Position numbers and translations under genes: made by a program. Positions 1 through 11,459 of a DNA stretch of 64,000 nucleotides are shown here, one piece after another. Under the pieces are notes generated by a model, which made no database searches, was not told the DNA's origin, and saw nothing but the letters and a program-made list of their open reading frames with translations. This DNA is from Naegleria gruberi (lineage: Eukaryota), in assembly GCA_000004985.1 (NCBI GenBank), contig GG738870.1, one strand, 5' to 3'. Positions within the stretch are counted from its first letter, which is position 1, and every line of letters starts with the position of its first letter.

Positions 1-1047
1 TATGCAAGTAATGCGGAATGTCAAAAGGTCTTTTTTTCTCCAAAACATCACTTACATATTTTTTCAATAAATGATTGGTCAATTCATCATCATTAGGACG
101 ATTACTAATAATATGGTCAATAATCCTATTAGAACAGTCATTTTCGTATAGCCAATTAATTAATTCTTTGTTCTGTCCAATAGTTTCTGGAATATTCACA
201 ACATTTTGGCAATCAGTAGACATTGCTAATTTGAATGTTTCAACGTCCTCTCTTACAATCTCATTAAAGTAATCATAATTTTTACCTGAAAATCTTATGA
301 ATTTTCTTGCCATTTGAACATCTTCGACATATCTCAGCATTTCAATACGATACTTATACAATTTTCCATTAATCATTATTGTATCATATTCCTTTATCTC
401 AAATTCAATTTCGTCTTTCAGCCATTTGTAAAACCTCAACATAGATAGTGGGTATCTCTTCACAATTTCTTTCATCATTTCTATAACACTCAGGGTATTT
501 TTCAAACTTTTGAAAGTGTTACTTTTTGAAAGACATTTCCTCAATATATCAACATCATCTAATAGAGTTTCTCCAATGAATATAATGTTTCCATAAGTTT
601 TACCCAAAGATTTCAGTACCATCCCCTTATCATTTCGAATATCTGTCTTACAAAACTGAAGAGATTTGGGTTTTGATTCAAGAGCTGATGAAATTATATC
701 TAAATCAATACATTCCACTTTCTTTAAAGCATCTTTTGAATATTTCACAACATTTAAGGCAAAACTCTTCTTTTTCCACAAGCCACAATGGAAGAGGAGC
801 ATCTCTTTCTTTTTCCTAATGGCCTGAAGCATAAAATCTTCATCTTCCATGAAAGAGTGTATAAATGGAAAATGGTAATCTTTTACCAGATATTCTAATA
901 AAAATTGTTTTTTAATTTCTTTTGTCGGGATGGAATTGTATAATTCAAAAACAAATTTTCTTTTCATCATCTTTGGTCCATGAATGGCCACTAAATATTT
1001 CCAATATTCATTCAATTTTTGTAAACATTCTTCTCTTGTCTTGTTCA
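1..1047 (-). CDS. Hypothetical protein, N-terminal ~349 aa only; the gene runs off the window start
   Basis: My own translation of the minus strand from ATG (rc of 1045-1047) gives an open frame of >340 codons down to position 1 (MNKTREECLQKLNEYWKYLVAIHGPK...). It is absent from the ORF track because it is truncated by the window edge. The listed ORF 1008-1238 is an overlapping alternative frame. Confidence 0.55.
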
Positions 1048-1290
1048 TGGTATGATTTAAATTGATAAAGTTGGTTGACAACTTGTTGATCGGTGTGGAA
1101 TCTAAAACAATAACCACTTGTCCATAGTGTGGTGACATTTTTTAATGGTTGGAAATGATTTTTTTGTATTTGGTCAACTGGATTGGTTGAACTTTTTTCA
1201 TTAATCAGTTTGCATTTTGCAGTTGTAAAATTATTCAATCCTGAAAGTCAATATTTCATATTTCTCTCAATTTCATAACACAGTGAACAT

Positions 1291-3745
1291 TTATTGACAC
1301 ATATTTTCTGCTCTCCATGTAAATGCTTTAGTAACAGGTGGATAAAGAGCTGCCAAAAGAGCCAAAGTAAGATAAATCAAATAAAGTCCGATCAAATAAA
1401 CACCATACAGTTTTGGAGCTCTGAATTTGAAAGCAGGAACAACAATCACGGATGAAATTAGTGATATCAGCAAGAAAATGAATGAAACATTAACTGTTGG
1501 ATCTTCAGTGAGAGGGAAGCAGAACTTTGTCAACTGTATAGGATTAAATGTTAAGGCAACAAATAAACCGATCAATAAATTAAGCATAGGTCCAGCAAAT
1601 ACAGCACCCAGAGCCATACTAGGATATCCTTGCTTTGAAATCACAATATCTTCAAGTCCAAATATTAAAAACACATCTAAATTAATAATTACTTACCAGC
1701 AATCATATCTGAGATTGAATTTCCCCAAGACAAAACTGTAATAGCCAATACTGAGGTTGGAATGCCAACACTCAAACCTACTGCATCCAAAACATCCAAT
1801 AATTCATTTGCAACAATAAATATCCAAAAGATACACATTGGGAATGCAAACACAACAAATATTGGATGATATCTTGGAGGCTTATTTCTTCTTGTGGTAA
1901 AGAAAATAATAACAGAGAAGAAACTACCCACAATAATCAATATCACAGCAACTGGGAAAACTCCTCCAATCAAAAATATAAACTTATCATAACCAGGTAA
2001 TATCAAGATAAATAGTGGTGAAAATACTGGAATACACATAGCAAACCACTTGTTCCATTCTTCATCTTCACTCTTTGGAATAGTCAAATTTCTCAACAAA
2101 ATCCAAACCCATTCAAATAAGATGAAAGTAATCTTTTGGTACCAAGCCATGTCTGACCATCCAATAGAATCCAAAAACATTAAAACGTATTTCTTTGAGC
2201 CCTTTACCTCTTTCTCTTCTCCTTCCTTATCAGTAGGTTCTTGAACCTTTCTATCACTATTTTCATTTTGGAAATAATCAGTGATAATATATTTGTGTTC
2301 CTTTTCTTCGCCTTCAACATGTTCAGTTTTCTTTGATTCAATGATACCAACTTTAGGAATGTAATATCTTGAAGTAGCAACACGATCCAATGATTTGCTA
2401 TCCTTTACAGAAACTTCCTTGAATATGTCATTTCTAATAAATGTATGTCTCCATCCAGCCCATTGCTCTTCTTCTTCAGATTCACTTCCAGTATCTTCCT
2501 CAACTACTGCCTTGGCATCTGTGTCGATAAGTTCCACTTCTTGGTGTGTATTTTCTGGATTTTGAGAGGTTTGATCATTTTCAGTTTCAGATGGTGTTTG
2601 CTCTTGTGGGATTGAAATGTTGGAAGCCTCCCCTTCACCACTTCCTTCAATCAATCTTTGGCCAAGAGCAGTTTTTTGAAGCTTTGAGGCCTTTTGAGGG
2701 AGCCCCTTAAGTCTTTCTCTTCTTGCTTTGATTCTCTTGTAAACAATTCTTCCAATAATTACTGTTGATACATATACTACATAGATCAATACACAAATGA
2801 TTGATTCCCAAATGAATACTCTTCCGTCAATGTATAAATAAAAAGTGTATGCAACACTAACAATATAAAAGATAACATCTCTAATGAATGGTCTTCTTGC
2901 CAATCCTTTCACATCTGATAAAAGAACAATACCAGCCATAACACAAGATGTCACAAATGTACCACTACCAACTGGTTCACCAACACCAAATTCTGTGTTA
3001 CCATTTGCTACAATACCTACAATCTAATCGAATAATTTTAATTCATTAATATTTCAAGAGATTTTAGAGAACTTACAATAGATGAAAGATCTGTAATTTG
3101 TGTTAAAAAAACTCTATAAAATTCAAGAAACAACTTACCAGGAGCACCATTACCCAAAGCTAAAAGTGTAATACCAGCAAGGTTTGGAGAGAGGTTCAAA
3201 TAATTTGAAATTTTGATAAGGGAAGGTGAAAAGTATGCTTCTGCAGTATCACCCAACAAGTAGAAACATATCAGGACCACAAGAACAGCCAAAATATAAA
3301 AGACTGCTGGAGCCTCATGCAAATCTGTGCAATGAAGCAATTGGAGATACTTGTTGTCTGTGGCACATCCCGATTGATTCCAACTCAGATAACTACATGT
3401 CATATTATAAGGAACCGAGTCAAAATCACAACTTGTGGAAGCATTAATAGATATAAAGTATTGAATCAACACATCCTCATCATCATTTGTATTATTCTTA
3501 GCATCCATAACACTTTCAATCGAATAGTAGTTATTTAATGAATAGTAATCCCTTTGAAAGGATGGAAAATCTGGAATATATTCCCTAGAACTGGCATCCC
3601 TTAATATTGGTGCGTTGGTATGGGAAAAGATCAAGCTTATTCCCAGTGCAAGAGCAGAAACAACGCAGAGAAATAACAATTTGTACATCCACCATCTGTG
3701 TTTTTGCTCCTTTCTAATGCTCGTTCCGTGCAATACACTAACCAT
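1291..3745 (-). CDS. Mitochondrial-type Na+/Ca2+ exchanger (NCLX/CCX family, SLC8B1-like). Four exons on the minus strand: 3139-3745, 3077-3090 (14-nt micro-exon), 1697-3023, 1291-1649
   Basis: Both alpha-repeat motifs are present: splicing at 3139/3090 recreates GNGAPD, and LSWGNSISDMIAG lies in the third exon. RPFIRDVIFYIVSVAYTFYLY aligns to NCLX RPFFRDIVFYMVAVFLTFLML. Introns 3091-3138 (48 nt), 3024-3076 (53 nt) and 1650-1696 (47 nt) all have GTAAGT donors. The exon total is 2307 nt = 768 aa. Confidence 0.75.
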
Positions 3746-4316
3746 TGTGTTAAGATAATAATCAAGCTATTCAATCCTCAGCAAAAAAACCCTTGATGAC
3801 TCGGTGATGGGATTGAGGCCTTTTTTGTTTTGCTTGCGGATCTGTGTGCGCGCACGATTTTTGCCTTATTACTTGAAGGGGTGTAGAAACAGTAAAAATT
3901 AAAGAGTCGAGTGGCTGTTTTCATGTCAAGTGAAAAATTTGTTTTCTTTAATTGATCAAGAAACTAGGCCTATGCAAAGTAATATTAGTGTGGATCCTCT
4001 TAAATTGATCATCAATGCATCCTGTTATTCACTCCAACAGTCCTCCGATCACTCAGAAAATCATCACACAATTAAACCTCCAATATCAAAATAATACATC
4101 ACTCAAAAACTGGTCCATGTTCTTTTTAAGTTATTTCACCATAGTGTGTTCTTCTTGAACTCGAGTTTTGATTTTTGTTTTTAAAATAAAATTGAAAAAA
4201 ATAGCCAACTCTAACGTTTTTGGATCCTTCATTGAAACCATATATTAAATTATTATTATAATTATCGGTTCCGATTGGTTGGCATAATTCAATATTTAAA
4301 ACGTTAATGATCAATA

Positions 4317-5934
4317 ATGGGAAGCTCCGACTATAAAACAAAATTTTCCATCAAGACTGTAGATTCTAACAATCAAACAGTAATTAAATCATTGGAAATA
4401 ACAATAACAAAGGACGATGAAGGACATTACATTCCACAACCAAACTTTTTTACGTGTTGTAGAAAAGGAGATCATGAAACTTTAAAATTATTAATTGAAG
4501 GATTTAAACACGGTTCGCTGACAATGGAAAATATATTGGCAAATAATAAGGATGAAGATAGTACTCATTCGTTTAGTATTTCGGGATTACATATTTTAAC
4601 AAAAATAGCTTCCTTCTTTTATGGAGGAAAATCAGATTCTTCAAGCTCGAGTGTTACCAACTTTCTATCACCCCATGGAAAGAATAGAAGTTTTCAAAGA
4701 TCTCCGCTGCATTATGCCTGTAGATTTGGTCACTTGGAATGTGTAAAATTACTGATCAATGAAGTATCACAACTTCAATTATTAGGTAAGTAGCAAATCA
4801 AATAGCTCATAAATTGACTTATTCATTTCTCCAGGAGAAACTTGTAACAAGTGGACAATTATACACGAATGTGCGAGATTTGGCCGAGTAGATGTATTAG
4901 CATTCCTCTTCTCACATCCTAGGACCATGGAATTTTGTAAAGCAATGTGCTCTAAAGCAACCAAGTTTGGAAGCACACCTCTTCATCTATCGTGCAAGTA
5001 TCGTTACTCTGATACTGCACAATTCCTCTCATCACAATTTATACCCTTCGATAAGATTAGTGTTTCAAGACAACAAAGCTTTCTTCATGTTGCTATTGAA
5101 GAAAAATTGAAACCTTTTGCTGTGGATTTTTTATCTCAATTTATGGCCAACTCTCCAATCACTCATATGAATAGAAAAACTATAATTAATATTGTGGAAT
5201 TGATATGCTCGAAAGATCAATTCAAAACTAATACATTACAATATGCAGCAGCAAAGCCATCAGATCAAATGTATGAAACATTGCTGAGTGCATTAACAAT
5301 TTTACATGAATATATGGAAAATGCTGGAATTGTAAGAAACTTGGTCGGATTGGATTTGGCTGGAAACAGTGTATTGCACTATGCTATGGGAGGAAATAGC
5401 ATGAAATGTGCTTCACTAATCTATCACTATTATTTATTGAGTATTTACCGTAGTAATCCCAACAGTATTGTGATAACTAATCGTAACATTAATGTAAACC
5501 ATGAACTTTTACATTCAAATAATAATCCAATGAATACTCAATCTGGTGTCATGAGACACTCACCACTTTTCCTTGCCTGTAAATATAACCACTCGAAACT
5601 CTTACAAAAATTCCTTCTATTTTACAAAGATGAAATTTATCAAATAGATTCTCAGAAACATTTACAACTGCTATACGAGGGAAACGAATCAAAATATGTA
5701 AAGACTGCACTGTATGACTTTTTAAAAATCAAATCTCAGGAAGAATTTGATTTTATTCTCCAATCATGGAAACAAATTAAGGTAACAGGAGTTGTTGATA
5801 GAATGGGTCATTCACCCTCCAGAGTTAACAAAATCGATGAAAGTGATGAGGAATTACATGAGTTATTTGAGAACTTTAACAAGTGGAAAATTGACTCATC
5901 AATGGCTCCATCAGCATCACTTGCTTTGGAATAA
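4317..5934 (+). CDS. Ankyrin-repeat protein. Two exons: 4317-4784 and 4835-5934
   Basis: Ankyrin consensus repeats are present (SPLHYACRFGHLECVKLLI, TPLHLSCKY, GNSVLHYAMGGN, HSPLFLACKYNH). The 50-nt intron has a GTAAGT donor at 4785 and a CAG acceptor at 4832-4834, and the phase-1 junction is in frame. Confidence 0.7.
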
Positions 5935-6164
5935 AATTTGGTTGTTGTGTGTTAAAAATATTTCCCTTCCCGCTCTAGGTGCTGATTGTTTGCAGTGATG
6001 AGGATCATACTTCACTTGGTGTGTAATAATTACACCATTAAATTCAAAATAAATACTAGGTGTAATACTAGTCTTTTAATTTTACATCCTATATTGTGTT
6101 TTTAGGCTTGTTGGAGGGAGTCTCTATTGTAAACCTCAAAAAATATTTTTGCAAGTAATAAAAA

Positions 6165-6521
6165 ATGTCCAGAGAGATTCGCCCTACCGACTTTGACAAC
6201 AAGTTTTTGCATCAAATCAAGTTGAAGGAATTGCCAAAATTCCTCGTTCAACATGCTAACTTGAACGGTGTCTTCAGATTCAACGCTTTCGTCACTAGAA
6301 ACCTTCCTCATCTTTCCTTCAAGCCAACCAGATGGCGTTTCCCTCTTCTTTTTGTTGCTGTTCTCGGTTATCCAGGTTATATTAGAGCTTTCGTTTCTAA
6401 CGATAGAACAAGTGATGCTCTCATCAACGCTAGATTTGGAGATGAAATTAACAATATGACTGAATATCAAAAGAACTACATCAAGACTCGTGTTTTGAAG
6501 ATTATGGCTGAAAACAGATAA
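6165..6521 (+). CDS. Small hypothetical protein, 118 aa
   Basis: A clean ATG-initiated ORF. It may be a small mitochondrial protein with one hydrophobic segment (FPLLFVAVLGYPGYI). No recognisable family. Confidence 0.45.
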   Translation: MSREIRPTDFDNKFLHQIKLKELPKFLVQHANLNGVFRFNAFVTRNLPHLSFKPTRWRFPLLFVAVLGYPGYIRAFVSNDRTSDALINARFGDEINNMTEYQKNYIKTRVLKIMAENR

Positions 6522-7346
6522 ATTAGTTTTGTATTATTCAGAAGAATTTAAATTTTCTCTTCACCGAGAATAATAATCGGTGATTTTAGATTATTCCGTG
6601 TCCTTTTATCAATAAACAAGGGTTTGTTTTATTTAAAAACCTGATGTGATGATATTAATTGAAGAGAATAATGAAGCAAAATTGAAAATATTAACAAAAG
6701 GAGAGAATCATCACAGTGATGATGATGACAATCTAAATATACAATCAATGGAAAACAAGACTGCCACTCCTCAACAACATAAGATAACACACCCCATCGG
6801 CTTCAACCACACAAAAACATCAAGTCTATCAAAATAGGGTGCTAAAAAACAAAAAAAATGATTGGCAGAAACAAGTAAGTAACTGATGCAAGTTACAGAT
6901 TTGGCCGACTCACACTCAAATAACATCATTATCTAACCGGTTGTCTATTTGCATATCCATTCATTACTCAATGTTTTAAATGTTCTCTCATCATTTGATG
7001 AAGACACCTCATCACTTCTCTCGGAAAGCATAATCTAAAAAAAAATCAGTCAATCCTCTCTTCTGTAAGCCACCGTTCACAACCAGCTTTATCGGCAGCA
7101 ACACATTTGATTGATCAACAACAATTGGAAAGAAAAACCTCTACAACAACATCACTCTCTTGTAAAAATTATCACACCAATATTAGTGGTTCAATTCCTT
7201 CTAATTGTAATTTACCAAGCCAACCTCGTAGTAGAAATACAAACAAAACACTAAAAGTAAGAGGAGATTCATCACTCATCACAACTAGTACTAAACAACA
7301 AAGAAATATATCAACATTTGTTTTTGACGAAGACGACGACGAAGAA

Positions 7347-9329
7347 ATGATTCAAAATAATTTGGTTTTTGATTTAACTCCTGAACAAATTGAAAAGGAA
7401 ACTGCTGCCTTAATTGAAAAATCAAGAGCTGTTCATGATTCTGTTGCAAAGCTTGCAGAATCTGAAAGAACTTTCCAATCAGTCGTTTTACCAATTGCTC
7501 AAGATGAAGCCTACTTCTCTGTACATGAAAATAATGTCACATTCCCTTCATATGTTAGTCCAGATAAAGCAGTCAGAGATGCTGCTTCTGCTGCTGAAGA
7601 AAAAATTTCAGAATTCACCATTGATATTTTGATGCGTGAGGATGTGTATAGAGCTGTTAAATATGTTTCTGATAAGATGCAATCTGAATTGGAAAAGTAT
7701 GACGAAGAAGATAAGAGACTTGTGAAGAGAATTCTCAGGGATTACGAAAGAAATGGATTGGGATTACCAGAAGATAAGAGAGCAGTTGTAAAGGATTTGA
7801 AGAATCAACTTTCCAAGTTGTGCATTCAATTCACCAAGAATGTTTCTGAAGATAAGACTGTCCTCCATTTCACAAAGGAAGAATTGGATGGAGTTCCAGA
7901 AGATGTCATTAATGACTTTAAGGTCTCTGAAGAAGATCCAAATAAGAGGGTTGTCTCAATGAAATATCCAGAAGTAATGCCAGTCATGAAATACTGTAAA
8001 GTTGAAGAAACAAGACGTAGATTGGATGTTGCTCGTTCTTCACAATGCCAAGAAGCTAACGTTCCATTGTTCGAACAAGCTGTCAAGATTAGACAAAAGA
8101 TTGCAGAAATTATGGGTTTCAAGACTCACTCTCACTATGTTTTGGATGTCAACATGGCTACTCCAGATGAAGTTTTAACCTTCTTGTACAATCTCAGAGA
8201 TAGACTTTTGGATGGTGGTAAACAAGAACTTGAAGTACTCAAACAATTGAAAGGATCTGAAGTTTTCTCATGGGATTACCTCTACTTGTTGACCAAGCTC
8301 AAGGAAGAACAATACAGTGTCGATGATAACTTGATTAAGGAATATTTCCCATTGGATTATACTCTTGATGGTTTACTGAGTATTGCTCAAGAAACTTTCT
8401 CTCTCAAGTTTGAAGAAGTTAAGGATGCTAAGGTCTGGTTTGAAGGTGTTAAATTATACAATGTTTTTGACAAGGAAACTGATGATCATTTGGGTCAATT
8501 CTATTTGGACTTTTTCGCTAGAGATGGCAAGTATAGCCACTTTGCTGCCTTCCCACTTTCTCCTCACTACTTTGATGCTGAAGGAAAGGAACAATTCCCA
8601 GTCACTGCCATGGTTTGTAACTTTACCAAACCATCAGCTGAAACTGGTGTCTCCCTCTTGAAGCATGATGAAGTCATCACATTACTCCATGAATTCGGTC
8701 ACTTGACTCACGGATTCTTGTCTAAGACTAAGTATGCTAGATTCAGTGGTACTCGTGTAGAAAGAGACTTTGTTGAAATGCCTTCTCAATTCATGGAAGG
8801 TTATGGATGGGAGACTCAAGGTTTGAAGAGATTGTCATCTCACTATAAGACTGGAGAAAAACTTCCAGATGATCTCATCAAGAAGATGATTGATGCCAAG
8901 AATGTTGGTGTTTCACTTTTCAACTTGCGTCAATTGTTCTTTGGTATCTTTGATATGACTTGCCATACTTTTACTTCTGCTGAAGAAGCTGAAAAGCTTG
9001 ACAGTGGTGCTTTGTGGAGAAAGCTTAGAAGAGAGGTTACCTTATTGGAAAATCCAGAAGGTACTAACGGAGTTGCTTCATTTGGGCATCTCATGGGTGG
9101 CTACGATTCTGGATATTATGGATATTTGTACTCTGAAGTTTTCTCTACTGACATGTTTGGAGAATTCAAGAAGCAAGGTATCTTCAATCCAGAAATTGGT
9201 AAGAAGTACAGAAAGCTCATTTTACAAAGAGGAGGATCTAAGGATGGTGGTGTCATGTTGAGAGAATTTTTGGGTAGAGAACCATCTCAAGATGCCTTCT
9301 TGGAAGATATTGGTTTGCTTAAGAAATAA
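7347..9329 (+). CDS. M3-family zinc metallopeptidase (thimet oligopeptidase / saccharolysin-like)
   Basis: The HEFGHLTHG HExxH zinc motif is present. The N-terminus NLVFDLTPEQIEKETAALIEKSRAVHDSV aligns with human THOP1 DLRWDLSAQQIEERTRELIEQTKRVYDQV. The track start at 7107 is a TTG codon; the first ATG is 7347. The frame is open upstream to 7002 with no ATG, so an upstream spliced exon cannot be excluded. Confidence 0.8.
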   Translation: MIQNNLVFDLTPEQIEKETAALIEKSRAVHDSVAKLAESERTFQSVVLPIAQDEAYFSVHENNVTFPSYVSPDKAVRDAASAAEEKISEFTIDILMREDVYRAVKYVSDKMQSELEKYDEEDKRLVKRILRDYERNGLGLPEDKRAVVKDLKNQLSKLCIQFTKNVSEDKTVLHFTKEELDGVPEDVINDFKVSEEDPNKRVVSMKYPEVMPVMKYCKVEETRRRLDVARSSQCQEANVPLFEQAVKIRQKIAEIMGFKTHSHYVLDVNMATPDEVLTFLYNLRDRLLDGGKQELEVLKQLKGSEVFSWDYLYLLTKLKEEQYSVDDNLIKEYFPLDYTLDGLLSIAQETFSLKFEEVKDAKVWFEGVKLYNVFDKETDDHLGQFYLDFFARDGKYSHFAAFPLSPHYFDAEGKEQFPVTAMVCNFTKPSAETGVSLLKHDEVITLLHEFGHLTHGFLSKTKYARFSGTRVERDFVEMPSQFMEGYGWETQGLKRLSSHYKTGEKLPDDLIKKMIDAKNVGVSLFNLRQLFFGIFDMTCHTFTSAEEAEKLDSGALWRKLRREVTLLENPEGTNGVASFGHLMGGYDSGYYGYLYSEVFSTDMFGEFKKQGIFNPEIGKKYRKLILQRGGSKDGGVMLREFLGREPSQDAFLEDIGLLKK

Positions 9330-9350
9330 ATCATGCTTGTATTGATGTTC

Positions 9351-9425
9351 TATTGTAAGTTTCCAGAAAGCGTTTACGTGAAAAGTTTGATGCGAACTTT
9401 TGGCGCTTTCTGGAAACTTACAATA
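9351..9425. repeat. Perfect 22-bp inverted repeat (arms 9351-9372 and 9404-9425) around a 31-nt loop; a strong hairpin 22 nt downstream of the peptidase stop codon
   Basis: tattgtaagtttccagaaagcg and cgctttctggaaacttacaata are exact reverse complements. A nested aaaagtt/aactttt pair lies in the loop. Confidence 0.8.
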
Positions 9426-9536
9426 ACATTGTATTTCCAGTAGTAACTCGAAAAAAATGTCAAAACCCACAGCGACAATGCTAAAAAGATAAAGGTAGCA
9501 TCATCTATTCTCGATTTACTAGACGAATTTTCGCAC

Positions 9537-11362
9537 ATGACCACTTTTTTAAATATCGGAGAGGTGATCATGTTGAGTTTGTCATGTAAATTAATCAACA
9601 AATTATTGAATGAACATATTCAAGCAATTCATCCCTATGTTAACACTCCATTTGGATGGTCAATTGGTCGCGCTTTACAGACACATCGAAAATTAGTGGT
9701 TAACACAAAGTCAATTGGACGAGTTAACAGAATATTTGATGAAGTGATTGAAAAGAATGAACCATTTTCTAAATTAGCTAGCCTAGTTGAGGTGAATGGA
9801 ATTGATGACAACATTTTCAAATTATTTTCCAAACCAACTAATCAACCAAAGGAAAATGTGAAATTTGTTCAACTTTCATGTGAAATAGATGAATCATCAT
9901 CCAGTTATTAAAACCCATTAAAATGTAAGAAATTTAGAGAGGAATCAATAATAGAAAGAAGTTTGACATCAACACCAATTGGTTTCGATGTGAAGAAGTT
10001 AGTACTAAATGAAGTGGAATTTCACAGGCCAGAGATTTACAAAATCCTGTCTCAATTTCTTTCTTTAGAAAGATTGAGTATCTCAATAATGCCAAGTCCA
10101 AATATTGTTGACGAGAGTTTCTCAATTGAAGTACCAGTACTGCAATCTTTAAAGTATCTCCATTTCGAGAAGAATTCGTTCAACTATGATGAAGATTTGG
10201 AGCTCAAGACTGCTTATGATTTGATCAAGCTTGCTCCCAATCTGGAGTATTTGGAGATTTTTTATATATAGTGACGATACAACTGTAAAGGTGTGGGATA
10301 CTTGGACTGGAAAGTGTTTGAAAACATTTGGTGGACATGTTTCGAATGTTTTTGCAGTTTCATTCCTTAATGGAAATGATAATATGGTGATTAGTGGAGG
10401 AAATGATTCAGATATTCTAACCTTTTGGTAATGACTTTCTTTCATTTCTCTCTGAAAAATGTCCTAATTTGAAAGGAATTTATATTGAAGTGAGTGGAGA
10501 TGCTGAAGATTTGAATTTCACTCATGAAGGAATTCTTCAATTCTTGAAGAAGGTACGAAAAATTTGAATATTTGAAATTTTCAAACTGTCAACAAGTTAG
10601 TGCAGAATTATTTTCTGAAATTGGACAATTTAATAACTTGAGATTTTTCTGAAGCACTTTCAACTGATAACAAATCTCAAGTTAAATTTGGTGGAGGAAC
10701 TCTTCACAAGTTGGAGCATTTCAATTGTGGTGGCATAATTCTATGCATTGATGAGGACGAGAATTTCATCAAATCATTCTTAAAGATGGCACCAAACATT
10801 AAGGATATTGGATCTCTTGGTATTATGCTTGGAAAGGAATGTTTGGATTTTTTTTTCCACTTTTAACTGTATTCCCCTTAATTGAAGGTGATACTTTCAT
10901 TTGTGTAAAAGAATGGTTAAAGAAATCTACAATTTTAGAGGAATTGGAGCTTAACACAAATTTGTTTGATTCACACCAATTAAATCCAATCCCATCTGTT
11001 AAGAAGCTCTCTACCAAATGTAGACAAGCATTCGAGATTTGGCTCGATTATTTCCTTCACTTACAGAACTTGACTTTATTCCTACCACTAGTGAAGAAAC
11101 GGAATTAATGGATATTTTAGAGAAGGGGCAATGGCCTAATCTGAAACAATTAAAATGTTTACAACAGTTGTCTAATAGGAAGAAACTGTTGACCATTAGG
11201 CCAAATCTGTATGGAGATAGAGTTAATGAATGTTTCGAGGATTTCAGAAAATATTGCAAGATTAAGGATGAAACTCTTCAATTTGAAAAGGAATGGCTGA
11301 TATTGGATGAATTTGAACAGGACTTTAATAAGACGGCAATGATTAAATTTATGAAAATATAA
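9537..11362 (+). pseudogene. Fragmented F-box/LRR-like locus, either a multi-intron gene or a decaying pseudogene. It carries an embedded WD40-repeat fragment at 10265-10431
   Basis: Several 60-125-aa ORF pieces lie on the same strand in shifting frames, with LRR-like texture (LSLERLSISIMP, LKYLHFEKN, NLEYLEIF, LTELDFIPT). An isolated canonical WD40 repeat (DDTTVKVWDTWTGKCLKTFGGHVSNVFAVSF...ISGGNDSDILTFW) ends in a stop. No splice model restores one frame. Confidence 0.35.
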
Positions 11363-11459
11363 TAAAATTGGTTTATTTATTAAAATATCACTTGCTAAAA
11401 AAGGTATTTTCCAATTTTGTGTAAAATTTTGAAATTTCAAAATTTAAATAATATCCAGC

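Noticed and set aside
1008-1238. 76-aa minus-strand ORF overlapping the start of the 1-1047 gene
   Set aside because: It is an alternative frame. The frame I retained stays open for >340 codons to the window edge and reads as a coherent protein.
6646-6837. 63-aa ORF upstream of the peptidase
   Set aside because: It starts at GTG, has low-complexity His/Asp/Asn content, and shows no splice or motif support. It is probably 5'-flank noise.
7107-7346. Track ORF start (M) 240 nt upstream of the peptidase ATG. Similar track starts occur at 21269, 36345-39128, 40579-41841, 41906, 47329-48513, 48556-48867, 49133-50686, 58358 and 60670.
   Set aside because: These 'M' codons are TTG, because the track allows alternative bacterial-style starts. 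For a eukaryotic gene I used the first in-frame ATG or a spliced exon instead.
9374-9601. 75-aa minus-strand ORF overlapping the hairpin region
   Set aside because: It has no motif, overlaps the 3' flank of the peptidase, and includes the palindrome. This is most likely chance.
10231-10431. WD40-repeat ORF as a stand-alone gene
   Set aside because: A single blade and a half cannot form a propeller. I treated it as a fragment within the degraded F-box locus and reported it as a finding instead.
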